From NCBI GenBank assembly GCA_037139975.1, contig JBAXFJ010000001.1, positions 48,586 through 112,585 on the forward strand: a DNA stretch of 64,000 bases, written 5' to 3'. Each line of letters starts with the position of its first letter. The first letter of the stretch is position 1. Under the pieces are notes generated by a model. That model did not search any database. It saw nothing but the letters and a program-made list of their open reading frames with translations, and had not been told where the DNA came from. The translations under genes were made by a program, and so were the position numbers. Of this stretch, positions 29,385 through 37,494 are shown piece by piece. This stretch comes from a bacterium. Lineage in GTDB: Bacteria > Patescibacteriota > Minisyncoccia > Phycocordibacterales > SBAW01.

Positions 29385-29634
29385 ATATGACAACGGCGAA
29401 GCAAAACCAAAAATTTCCTTTCCATTTTTTGTCGGCTCCCCCCACACCCCCCGCCGAAAATCTAAAATTAAGGAAGGAAAATTTTTGGTTTTTGCTCCCG
29501 CGACCGCAGGGAGCGGACGAGGCGCGCAGAATCCGAGCGTACGATTTAGTTTCAAGTCACCACGCACGCGGAGCGTGCGAAGTCATTACCTCACTTTGTT
29601 TTGGAAATAGGTGCGAGTTTGGTACAATACAGAC
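29385..29634 (-). repeat. Repeat Y, copy 2 (inverted)
   Basis: Reverse complement of 27665..27910. Confidence 0.7.
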
Positions 29635-29677
29635 ACCAAAAAGTTAAAACCGGCACAAGGCCGGTTCTCAACTTTTC
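29635..29677 (-). terminator. Intrinsic terminator directly 3' of tRNA-Leu (original copy of the trailer hairpin)
   Basis: On the minus strand: GCACC-gaaaagttgag-AACCGGC-cttgt-GCCGGTT-TTAACTTTTT. Confidence 0.55.
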
Positions 29678-29763
29678 GGTGCCCGGGAGAGGACTCGAAC
29701 CTCCACGCCCGTGAGGGCTTATCCACCTCAAGGATAAATGTCTACCAATTTCAACACCCGGGC
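29678..29763 (-). tRNA. tRNA-Leu (anticodon GAG), long variable arm
   Basis: Manual fold: acceptor GCCCGGG/CCCGGGC, anticodon stem TATCC/GGATA with loop TTGAGGT, variable stem CCC-tcac-GGG, T-loop TTCGAGT, discriminator A. Confidence 0.85.
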
Positions 29764-29774
29764 AACAGGTGTAA

Positions 29775-30296
29775 TTATGCCGCAACTTCCTCCGTTTGTG
29801 GAGCTTCAGTAGCGACGTCTACCTCTACTGCTGGCGCAGTATCCAAAATTTCATCTTCAATCAATGGAGCAACTTCGGCACCTTTCTTTGCAGATGGCGC
29901 CATCTGCACCGACTTGCGCATCGCGCGCTTGACCTCGCGAGTGGCTTTGGTGCGGATGAAATAGAGCTTGGCGCGACGCACCTCGGCACGGCGAAGGATC
30001 TCGATGGAGTCGATCATAGGAGAATAGAGCGGAAAAATCTTTTCAGTCCCGACGCCGCTGGCAACCTTGCGGACGGTAAACATCGAGCCGGCCTCGGTGC
30101 CGTGCTTGACCGCCAAGATGAGCCCCTCGAACGCCTGGGTGCGGGCACTCTTGGTCAACACCTCTTTTTTGTTGGCGCCTTTGGTCTTTTTGAGTTCAAC
30201 GATTTTCTGCCAGACACGCACGGTGTCGCCCGAGCGGAGCCCAAGGCCTGCGCGCTCTTTCATATCAATTGGCGTTGTTTGTATTGCTGATTTCAT
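29775..30296 (-). CDS. rplS: 50S ribosomal protein L19 with C-terminal acidic extension
   Basis: ...RSGDTVRVWQKIVE..., ...FTVRKVASGVGTEKIFPLYSPMIDSIEI... is a canonical L19 core. Confidence 0.9.
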   Translation of the reverse strand: MKSAIQTTPIDMKERAGLGLRSGDTVRVWQKIVELKKTKGANKKEVLTKSARTQAFEGLILAVKHGTEAGSMFTVRKVASGVGTEKIFPLYSPMIDSIEILRRAEVRRAKLYFIRTKATREVKRAMRKSVQMAPSAKKGAEVAPLIEDEILDTAPAVEVDVATEAPQTEEVAA

Positions 30297-30414
30297 TGCT
30301 TAGAGACTGTACCACAGAGCAAAGCACTACGCAAAACACAAACCTTCAGGAGTACAAAAATTTCCTGCTGATAAATTTTCTCAATCCTCGCGCCGACGCG
30401 CTCAGAAGCCTCCT

Positions 30415-31152
30415 TTAGGCTTGTTTTTGCTCCGACAAAATCGCTTCTGCTGTCACAAAATCGGCGGGCAAGGGCGCGGCAAACGTCACCGTTTTGCCTG
30501 TTTTTGGATGTGTCAGGGTTACCGACAATGCATGGAGCGCAAGACGTTTGAACCCAAGCAAAGAAGCGCGCCCAGGCGCATACAGCCGGTCGCACACAAC
30601 AGGGCGCTGCAAAGAAGCAAAGTGCACGCGGATCTGGTGCGTGCGGCCCGTCTTGGGGAAGACTTCCGCATAGGAGACTTCGGGCGAACGGGCGATGATG
30701 CGAAACGTTGTGAGCGCATCGCGCATCAGGCCGTGCGCGCTTTTGGCTTTGACTGAACGAGGACCTGAACCACCGCGGCTGCTGCCGATGGGCTTGTCGA
30801 TGATCCCACGGTCGTCTTTGATGTTGCCATACACAAACACGCGATAGGTTTTTTGCACTTCCCTGTCATGAAACTGTGCCTTCAAATTCTCGTATGACTC
30901 CTGCGTACGAGCAACCAAAAGCACGCCCGACGTCTCGCGGTCGATGCGGTGTACGATGCCCGGCCGCTGAATAACCACCCCCGATTCGAGCGTTTGCTCT
31001 TCCCCCACACCCTCGAGCTCGGGATATTTGGGCAGGAGCCAATCCACCAGCGTGGACTTGGGTGACCGCCCATCAGCATGAACGCTTAAGCCCGCAGGCT
31101 TGTCTATAACGATAAGCGAGTCGTCTTCAAAAAGGATTATTGGTTCGGGCAT
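30415..31152 (-). CDS. RluA-family pseudouridine synthase
   Basis: ...HRIDRETSGVLLVAR... contains the catalytic Asp motif. Confidence 0.85.
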   Translation of the reverse strand: MPEPIILFEDDSLIVIDKPAGLSVHADGRSPKSTLVDWLLPKYPELEGVGEEQTLESGVVIQRPGIVHRIDRETSGVLLVARTQESYENLKAQFHDREVQKTYRVFVYGNIKDDRGIIDKPIGSSRGGSGPRSVKAKSAHGLMRDALTTFRIIARSPEVSYAEVFPKTGRTHQIRVHFASLQRPVVCDRLYAPGRASLLGFKRLALHALSVTLTHPKTGKTVTFAAPLPADFVTAEAILSEQKQA

Positions 31153-31171
31153 AGAGGTGTTGGAGGGACTC

Positions 31172-31250
31172 GGTCACAAATAAATTTTCTGCAGAAAATT
31201 TTTCGCGACCCCGGCTCGCGGTCTCGCCTGCTGGCTCGACATCGCTCCGG
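31172..31250 (-). promoter_or_regulatory. Conserved intergenic module, copy b (between tRNA-Val and the rluA-like gene)
   Basis: GGTCACAAAT-AAATTTTCTGCAGAAAATTT-TTCGCGACCCCGGCTCGCGGT...CATCGCTCCGG. Confidence 0.4.
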
Positions 31251-31285
31251 CTTTCTCGCCCCTCGGATAAATGCTATCGCATTTG

Positions 31286-31358
31286 TGCGCGGTGAGGGGC
31301 TCGAACCCCCGACCTTCTCTGTGTAAAAGAGTTGCTCTACCAACTGAGCTAACCGCGC
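31286..31358 (-). tRNA. tRNA-Val (anticodon TAC)
   Basis: Manual fold: acceptor GCGCGGT/ACCGCGC, D-arm GCTC-AGTTGGTA-GAGC, anticodon loop TTTACAC, T-loop TTCGAGC. CCA is not encoded. Confidence 0.85.
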
Positions 31359-31390
31359 ATTATTGTTTGTTTTGTGCCTTTTGCACACTT

Positions 31391-31479
31391 GGTCACAAAT
31401 ACATTTCTGACGAAATGTTTCGCGACCCCACCTCGCGGTTTTTGCCTTTCGCTACGCTCAAACAAAAACATCGCTCCGG
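31391..31479 (-). promoter_or_regulatory. Conserved intergenic module, copy c (between tRNA-Arg and tRNA-Val)
   Basis: GGTCACAAAT-ACATTTCTGACGAAATGT-TTCGCGACCCCACCTCGCGGT...CATCGCTCCGG. Confidence 0.4.
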
Positions 31480-31529
31480 TTCACAAACGCTAAAAAAGTA
31501 AACCAATTTACTTTTTCTTAACGCGTTTG

Positions 31530-31601
31530 TGCCCCCGCGAGGAATCGGACCTCGATAGCCGGCTTAGAAGTCCGGAGTTCTATCCATTAAACTACAGGGG
31601 C
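31530..31601 (-). tRNA. tRNA-Arg (anticodon TCT)
   Basis: Manual fold: acceptor GCCCCTG/CGGGGGC (U6-G67), anticodon loop CTTCTAA, T-arm CGAGG-TCCGATT-CCTCG. Confidence 0.8.
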
Positions 31602-31645
31602 GACTCTGGGGGCCTGCAGGTGTACAATACCATCACAACCCAATT

Positions 31646-32143
31646 ATGGCTACTTTTCTCAAACAAAAATATTGGCACGAGCTTTTTGAAGCGGGCGTTG
31701 CCTTTAAAGCACTCAACAGCGTGTGGGAGGTGCTGGGCGGCGTCTTTTTGCTCACCCGCCTGCACTTTTGGTTTACGCACCTGGTTGTCCACATCAGTAA
31801 CTCAGAATTCCTCGGCGAGCACGGCGACTTTTTGTCGCGCCTTCTAACCACTCAAGTGTCACACCTCGCGGCCGACTCAACACGTCTCTTTGTCGGTCTG
31901 TACCTCCTCTTCCACGGACTCATGAATGCTTTTTTGGCCTTTAACCTCTACCGCAATCGCCTGTGGTCGTACCCTGTCTCGATTGCCTTCACCTCACTTT
32001 TTCTTGTGTACCAAACATATCGACTGTTCCACACCCATTCCCCACTCCTGCTTTTCATCACCGTGCTCGATGTATTCTTCATCATCCTCACCTGGCATGA
32101 GTGGCAGTTTCAGAAACAAAAAGTAACGAGCAAAGAGAGTTGA
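31646..32143 (+). CDS. Hypothetical 4-TM membrane protein (DUF2127-like)
   Basis: 165 aa with four hydrophobic helices. Confidence 0.5.
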   Translation: MATFLKQKYWHELFEAGVAFKALNSVWEVLGGVFLLTRLHFWFTHLVVHISNSEFLGEHGDFLSRLLTTQVSHLAADSTRLFVGLYLLFHGLMNAFLAFNLYRNRLWSYPVSIAFTSLFLVYQTYRLFHTHSPLLLFITVLDVFFIILTWHEWQFQKQKVTSKES

Positions 32144-32149
32144 GTGACT

Positions 32150-32542
32150 TTAATGCGCCTGTGAGCCCGTGGGGGCATTTGATTCAAAAAGATAGAGAGG
32201 TTCGAAGCCGCCTTCGGGTAGCGGCTCGCCACCACTGGCCAGGATCATTGCCCGACTTTCAAGACCCATCATCGAGCGGGGCGCGAGGTTGGTTGCAAAT
32301 GCACATTTTTTACCCACCAACACCGTGGTATCGGGAAAATGCTTGGCGATGCCTGAAATTACCTGCCGCTCTTCGCTTCCAAAATCTACTTTAAGTTTTA
32401 AAAGTTTTTCCGAACCCTCCACTGGTTCGACAGAAAGAATCTCGCCCACGCGAATTTCTACTTTTTTAAAATCATCAATAGATATGTATGATGTTTTGGG
32501 CGTCTCTTCTTTCTGAATTTCTTTTTGTATTTCTTCTTCCAT
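32150..32542 (-). CDS. csaA: tRNA-binding protein (CsaA / EMAP-like OB-fold domain)
   Basis: ...IDDFKKVEIRVGEILSVEPVEGSEKLLKLKVDFGSEERQVISGIAKHF... matches the tRNA-binding arm family. Confidence 0.7.
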   Translation of the reverse strand: MEEEIQKEIQKEETPKTSYISIDDFKKVEIRVGEILSVEPVEGSEKLLKLKVDFGSEERQVISGIAKHFPDTTVLVGKKCAFATNLAPRSMMGLESRAMILASGGEPLPEGGFEPLYLFESNAPTGSQAH

Positions 32543-32596
32543 ATTTGTTTTGGTTTTAAAGGCGACTCCTCAGCTTTGGGAGGTGTTGCCTTGATT

Positions 32597-33022
32597 CTAG
32601 CTGTTTCTTTGGTTTCGGTCGAGATAACTCTGCAAAATTAGTGCCGCAGCAGAGGCATCGAGCTTTACATGTGATGGGTTTTCTTTTCTTGACCCGTCGG
32701 GTGCAAACTGCCGGGCCGCAGCCATGCTCGTCAAAAATTCTTTTTCATACACAACTGGAACACCTGCAAGCTCTGGTAAATTTTCAAGACTTTTTTTAAA
32801 CTCAGCAACCTTTTCCATCACCGTGTTTGCTTCGCCCTGGAAGTTGTGCGACTCGCCCACCACCACTTGCCCCACCCCCTCTTTTTTTACAATATCCACA
32901 ATCTCCTCAAGCGCACTTGGCCCCGCCTTCACCGTGCTGTGAGGAAACGCAAGCGTCCCCGTCTCATCTGAGACAGCCACACCGATGCGCTTTGTGCCAA
33001 AGTCTATACCAAGGGATTTCAT
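32597..33022 (-). CDS. ruvX: Holliday-junction resolvase-like RNase H-fold protein RuvX/YqgF
   Basis: MKSLGIDFGTKRIGVAVSDETGTLAFP is the canonical YqgF N-terminus. Confidence 0.85.
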   Translation of the reverse strand: MKSLGIDFGTKRIGVAVSDETGTLAFPHSTVKAGPSALEEIVDIVKKEGVGQVVVGESHNFQGEANTVMEKVAEFKKSLENLPELAGVPVVYEKEFLTSMAAARQFAPDGSRKENPSHVKLDASAAALILQSYLDRNQRNS

Positions 33023-33023
33023 G

Positions 33024-33110
33024 GGCGGAGGAGGTGAGATTCGAACTCACGGTACCTTGCGGCACTCCTGTTTTCAAGACAGGTGCACTAAACCACTATG
33101 CGACTCCTCC
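33024..33110 (-). tRNA. tRNA-Ser (anticodon TGA), long variable arm
   Basis: Manual fold: acceptor GGAGGAG/CTCCTCC, anticodon stem CCTGT/ACAGG with loop CTTGAAA, T-arm GTGAG-TTCGAAT-CTCAC, discriminator G. Confidence 0.85.
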
Positions 33111-33183
33111 AATAAAACACACAATACACTTTTTATGTGCTGCGTGCCACATCCATTCGAGAATTTACTTGTATACTAAAGCT

Positions 33184-33648
33184 ATGGCAGATGGGACTAT
33201 TTCCTGGCAGGTAGCAACACACACGCACTATGAACGCTCGCCCGACTGGTATTGGACACTCGGCGTTGTGGCAGTGGTGGGTGCGGGCATCTCCATCTAT
33301 TTCAGCAACATGCTTTTTGCGCTCATCTTGTTGATTGGCGCAAGCTCGGTCGGCATGCTCGTGGCGCGTGGACCGCGCGAACACCTCGTCTCGCTTGGTG
33401 CGCGCGGCGTTTCGATGGACGGAACACTCTACCCTTACGAATCGGTACAGTCGTTTTGGGTCGAACAGCACGTTGAGACCCCTCGACTTTTTTTGACCAC
33501 ATCAAACTTTCTACACCCACACATCATCATCCCGCTTGATTCCGTCGCACACGGTGAAGAAGTGCGTGGCCACCTCGCACAATATGCCGAAGAAACAGAG
33601 CGCCTCCCCCGCTTTAGCGAAGAGGTCGCAGAAATCTTCGGATTGTAG
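33184..33648 (+). CDS. Hypothetical 2-TM membrane protein
   Basis: Track ORF 32827..33648 trimmed to the Met at 33184 (MADGTISWQ...); the upstream part would overlap tRNA-Ser and ruvX. Confidence 0.45.
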   Translation: MADGTISWQVATHTHYERSPDWYWTLGVVAVVGAGISIYFSNMLFALILLIGASSVGMLVARGPREHLVSLGARGVSMDGTLYPYESVQSFWVEQHVETPRLFLTTSNFLHPHIIIPLDSVAHGEEVRGHLAQYAEETERLPRFSEEVAEIFGL

Positions 33649-33662
33649 TAGTGTGTTGATAC

Positions 33663-33737
33663 GCTCCCGTCGTTCAACGGATAGGACGCATCCTTGCGGA
33701 GGATGCAATGTAGGTTCGATTCCTGCCGGGAGCACCA
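33663..33737 (+). tRNA. tRNA-Arg (anticodon GCG), CCA encoded
   Basis: Manual fold: acceptor GCTCCCG/CGGGAGC, anticodon stem CATCC/GGATG with loop TTGCGGA, T-arm GTAGG-TTCGATT-CCTGC, 3' end ACCA. Confidence 0.8.
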
Positions 33738-33831
33738 AGTAGGAAATTGCAAGGTGGAGCTCGCCGCCGCGTCGGACGCGGCGGCTCGCGCGTACTGTGT
33801 TTTGGGCTCGAATTCAAATTGGCGATTTCGC
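33732..33831 (+). repeat. IR1-left: 100-bp perfect terminal inverted repeat, starting inside the tRNA-Arg 3' end
   Basis: gcaccaagtaggaaattgcaagg...ggcgatttcgc. Exact reverse complement at 35257..35356. Contains the GC palindrome GCCGCCGCG-tcgga-CGCGGCGGC. Confidence 0.8.
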
Positions 33832-35201
33832 AGAGAATGGTTCGCGCCGATGTTTTTCAGAAATGCTGTCATTCCGCTCAAGTCATTGTGGGAAAGCAGA
33901 TTCGCGGCTTGATTCAAGGACTTTACAAACTCACGAGCTGGTTCGAGCCAAGACACGCCCCTTTGTTCGATGTCGGTGATTTTTTCCTCAACCCTCACTT
34001 TTTGAGATATGAGGATATTCTTTTTGGCGGCGTACTCTGCTGTGGATAGCGCGTCGGCGAGGTAGAGGTTGAGCAACTTTTCTAGTTGGTTGTCCAGTGT
34101 GGTGAGTTCGGTTTTCAAGTTCTCCGCTTCTAGCTTTGCCTCCTCTTTTGCTTTCGTTTCCTCGCTCTCCAACGCCGCCAAAACTTTCTGCGTGTCTTGG
34201 CTCGATAAAGAAACTTTTTGCAGAAACGATTTGATTTGGTTTTCAAGCACATCTTCGCGCAAATATTTCTCGGTACATGCGCCTCGTTTTTTGGTACAGC
34301 GATAGTAGGTGTAGATTCCGCCGTTTCCTTTTGCATATTGCGCTGTAATGCTTGCTCCGCACGAGGCGCACTTCATTAGTCCGAGAAATGCGAATTTGTG
34401 CTTTTTCGTTTCGTGTGTGTTGCCGCGCTTGCTCATCATTTCTTGGCATAAATCAAAAAGTTTCTTTGCAACCAACGGCTCGTGAGTTCCCTCAAAGATT
34501 TCCGCCTTGTATCTCATCAGGCCGATGTAGAACGGATTTTGTAGAATATGCTGAACATTGCTTAATGACACGGGGTTGTTCGCGTTCGTTTTGAGGTCTT
34601 GTTCGGCGCACCAATTTGCGAGAGATTTTAGCGTGTAAGCTCCAGTGGAATACAGTTCGAATAGTTTTTGTACTTTTGGAGCGTTGATGCTGTCCACGTC
34701 AATTCCCCGTGTCTTGGGGTTGTTTATGTATCCCACCGGAGCCCAACCGGGCCAGACGCCGTTCCGTATCTTTTGCCGCAAACCTCGTTTTACGTTTTCT
34801 CGCAAATTGTCGGAGAAATATTTGCTCTGTCCAAAAGCAATATTCAGCATGAACAAACCTTGTGGCGTTGGTTCAAACCAGTGGGTCGGAAATTTGAGGG
34901 AACGAATCAAGCCGCGATCCACCATGTGGATTATCTTGCCCCCGTCTACTGAATTACGCGCGAGACGGTCGGGGTGCCAAGATATGATGCCGTCTGCTTT
35001 CCCACGCTCAATGAATGACAGCATTTCTGCGAACCCTGTTCGCCCGGGCTCTTTTGCGGTTTTCGCCTCGTAGAACGAGGCGACAATATCAAATTTTTCT
35101 TTGGCGGAATACGAAAAAAGCTCAGCAAGCTGAGCTTGGATGCTTAGGACTTGGCGGTCATCTTCTTCGGTGCTTTTCCTTGCGTAGATTACATATTTCA
35201 T
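33832..35201 (-). CDS. Large serine recombinase (resolvase/integrase family); 3' end uncertain
   Basis: MKYVIYARKSTEEDDRQVLSIQAQ... is the catalytic-Ser N-terminus (S10). A recombinase domain, Cys4 zinc ribbon (CASCGAS...CTKKRGAC) and coiled coil follow. The ORF stays open through IR1-left and the tRNA antisense down to 33435. Confidence 0.8.
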
Positions 35202-35256
35202 ATCTCGTTGTGATTACTTGCTAAAGGAATGCCAAAAAGTTTTCTTTTTCCCGAAA

Positions 35257-35356
35257 GCGAAATCGCCAATTTGAATTCGAGCCCAAAACACAGTACGCGC
35301 GAGCCGCCGCGTCCGACGCGGCGGCGAGCTCCACCTTGCAATTTCCTACTTGGTGC
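35257..35356 (-). repeat. IR1-right (inverted copy of 33732..33831)
   Basis: Perfect 100-bp match. Includes cctacttggtgc, the antisense of the tRNA-Arg 3' end. Confidence 0.8.
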
Positions 35357-35449
35357 AGGATACTTGAATTAGTGCGAACCAGCTTCCGCGCCGCCGAAGG
35401 CGGCGCAAACCCCCCGCAGAAAATGCAGGCGGCGAAGCCGCACCGCTCG
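35353..35449 (+). repeat. IR2-left: about 97-bp perfect inverted repeat abutting IR1-right
   Basis: gtgcaggatacttgaattagtgcgaacc...gccgcaccgct. Reverse complement at 36418..36513. Contains GCGCCGCC-gaag-GCGGCGC. Confidence 0.8.
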
Positions 35450-35587
35450 AAAACCGCAAAAGAGCCCGGTGAAAAACATCGGCGCAAACCATTCTCTTTC
35501 GGTGCGGGCGAAGCCCGCTCTGAATTTGTTTCGGGAAAAAGAAAACTTTTTGTCATACAATTTATTTATTAACTCGTTGCTAATTTT

Positions 35588-36340
35588 ATGAATCGAGGAT
35601 TTGCGAACATTGCTTTGATAATCGCTCTAGTCGTTGCCATTATTGGCGGCGCAAGTTATTGGGCTTGGTCGCAAAAGTCGAGCGCGCCTGAAACTTCCGC
35701 AACGACTAAACTGCCAAGTCCACAGCCGAAACCGAACGTAACGAATCAAGTTTCAAATCAGCCAATAAAAACGCAGTACGATGTTGAAACTGATGGTGGA
35801 TTTGGGAATGTTTGCGGAACGTCAACCCAGAGACTTGTGCGAGCGACGTTCGATGGTAAAAAATGGGCCACCACAACACTCTCGGAGTTAGGAACACCAG
35901 GGAAAGACGCCCCACTTTACTGGTTCTTTTCAGCTCCCACAAAAAGCAATCTAATTTTCTTAGGTTCTGCGCATTGTTTTACTGAAGGCGGAGGAGGTGG
36001 TATTTGGTCTTACAGTCTAAAAACCGGTGCGCTCGATGCACTGAGCTTTCCCTACGGCAACCGAGCTCCCACCGATGTATCGCCAGATGGTGCAAGAGTC
36101 GTACAAGTACAAGCGGACATACGGTCTGAAAATCAGACTCTGAGTCTTCTTGACCTCGTCAAAAATACTTCCACTGTGTTGGTGACACTTCCGCAGGGAA
36201 AACATTTTGAGTTTGGTTGCGAACCACTTTCTCCTTGTACGACATCCTCATTACACTGGGTAGATAATTCAACGGTCGAGTACAGTGTCTATGAATCTTC
36301 GCAGACTCCAATAGAGACACATCGGATCAACCTTCCGTAG
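35588..36340 (+). CDS. Hypothetical secreted protein (N-terminal signal/TM anchor)
   Basis: 250 aa. Sole gene between IR2-left and IR2-right. Confidence 0.5.
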   Translation: MNRGFANIALIIALVVAIIGGASYWAWSQKSSAPETSATTKLPSPQPKPNVTNQVSNQPIKTQYDVETDGGFGNVCGTSTQRLVRATFDGKKWATTTLSELGTPGKDAPLYWFFSAPTKSNLIFLGSAHCFTEGGGGGIWSYSLKTGALDALSFPYGNRAPTDVSPDGARVVQVQADIRSENQTLSLLDLVKNTSTVLVTLPQGKHFEFGCEPLSPCTTSSLHWVDNSTVEYSVYESSQTPIETHRINLP

Positions 36341-36417
36341 AACTTCTAATTTCAAAGAACGATGGTGCGTGCTCCGCACGCGCGTACCTAGTCCGCCAAA
36401 GAAAAATTTGATATTGT

Positions 36418-36513
36418 CAGCGGTGCGGCTTCGCCGCCTGCATTTTCTGCGGGGGGTTTGCGCCGCCTTCGGCGGCGCGGAAGCTGGTTCGCACTAATTC
36501 AAGTATCCTGCAC
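36418..36513 (-). repeat. IR2-right
   Basis: Reverse complement of 35353..35449. Confidence 0.8.
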
Positions 36514-36524
36514 AGATTAAAAAG

Positions 36525-36549
36525 AAAAATCCCCATTCCGGGGATTTTC
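36525..36549. terminator. Bidirectional hairpin AAAATCCCC-attcc-GGGGATTTT
   Basis: Lies between IR2-right and the rpsT stop. Confidence 0.6.
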
Positions 36550-36567
36550 TGATTTATGTAAAGACTT

Positions 36568-36837
36568 TTATTTAGAAACCTTGAGCATTTTTGCCACACT
36601 TGCCTTGCGGCGAGCCGCGGTGTTCTTCTTTATTACCCCGCGCTTGAGCGCCTTGTCGATTGCTTTGTATGCCGTGGCGAGGGCCACGACTCCTTCTTTG
36701 CCTGCGCCCGTGCCAGCTTCCTTAACTGCGCGGACACCTTTAATACCTGCACGCATAGCCAACTTGCGCCCGATATTCATCGACTTTTTGCGCAGCGACT
36801 GGCGATGCGCCTTCTTTGCTCCTCTGGTGATTGCCAT
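36568..36837 (-). CDS. rpsT: 30S ribosomal protein S20
   Basis: MAITRGAKKAHRQSLRKK... Confidence 0.9.
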   Translation of the reverse strand: MAITRGAKKAHRQSLRKKSMNIGRKLAMRAGIKGVRAVKEAGTGAGKEGVVALATAYKAIDKALKRGVIKKNTAARRKASVAKMLKVSK

Positions 36838-36900
36838 AGAAAGAGATTACCCTACCCCGCCCCAAAAGACAAGTTTCTCCTTACCTTGTATAGTTATCGC

Positions 36901-37494
36901 ATGATAGGAAAACTCACGGGCCAGTTTGGCGGCACCACACTCGAAGAGTGTGTGGTTGTGGACGTCGCGGGCGTCGGGTATGTTGTGCGGGTCCCCACCG
37001 CGACCCGAGAATGGTGCGTCAAAGCCCATAAGGACCCGGTCTTGGGACTCCTCTCACTCTATATACACACCGCAGTGCGCGAAGACGCCATCGACCTCTA
37101 TGGTTTCCCCACCGAAGCAGAGCTCAGCTTTTTTAAACAGCTCATGAGCGTCTCGGGCATCGGCCCAAAAACTGCGTTGGGGATTTTTGACAAGGCCGAC
37201 GTGAGCGGGCTCGAGAGAGCCATCCGCGCAAGCGACATGGCGACGCTCACCAACGCATTTGGTATCAGCAAAAAGCTCGCCGAGCGCCTGGTGGTTGAGC
37301 TGCGCGACAAAATCAAAGCCACCACCCCCTCGCACGATGCGTTGCAGGCACAAGGCAAAAATAATGACGCTGAGGTCATCGAGGCGCTCATGGCGCTGGG
37401 CTACAATGCCGCCGAGAGTCGCGCCGCACTCAAGAACATTCCTCCTGCCGAGGATATGCGCGAGCGCCTGGGCAAAGCACTCAGAAATATATGA
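36901..37494 (+). CDS. ruvA: Holliday junction branch-migration protein RuvA
   Basis: MIGKLTGQF...VDVAGVGYVVRV...LMSVSGIGPKTALGI. Confidence 0.9.
   Translation: MIGKLTGQFGGTTLEECVVVDVAGVGYVVRVPTATREWCVKAHKDPVLGLLSLYIHTAVREDAIDLYGFPTEAELSFFKQLMSVSGIGPKTALGIFDKADVSGLERAIRASDMATLTNAFGISKKLAERLVVELRDKIKATTPSHDALQAQGKNNDAEVIEALMALGYNAAESRAALKNIPPAEDMRERLGKALRNI

Noticed and set aside
25265-29763. A CRISPR array, as an explanation of the repeat-rich island
   Set aside because: The repeats are long (96-356 bp), occur as inverted pairs rather than short direct repeats with unique spacers, and no cas genes are present.
30293-30595. 100-aa track ORF between rplS and the rluA-like gene
   Set aside because: It overlaps the 5' end of the rluA-family gene on the same strand in another frame and is Cys/Arg-rich with no features. 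Judged spurious.
32827-33183. N-terminal 119 codons of track ORF 32827..33648
   Set aside because: This part overlaps tRNA-Ser and the ruvX coding region on the opposite strand. The gene was trimmed to the Met at 33184, where hydrophobic membrane-protein sequence begins.
33435-33831. C-terminal ~130 codons of the serine recombinase track ORF (33435..35201)
   Set aside because: They read through IR1, then antisense through tRNA-Arg and into the opposite-strand gene 33184..33648. They are not credibly coding. The recombinase end was placed at the IR boundary and flagged as uncertain.
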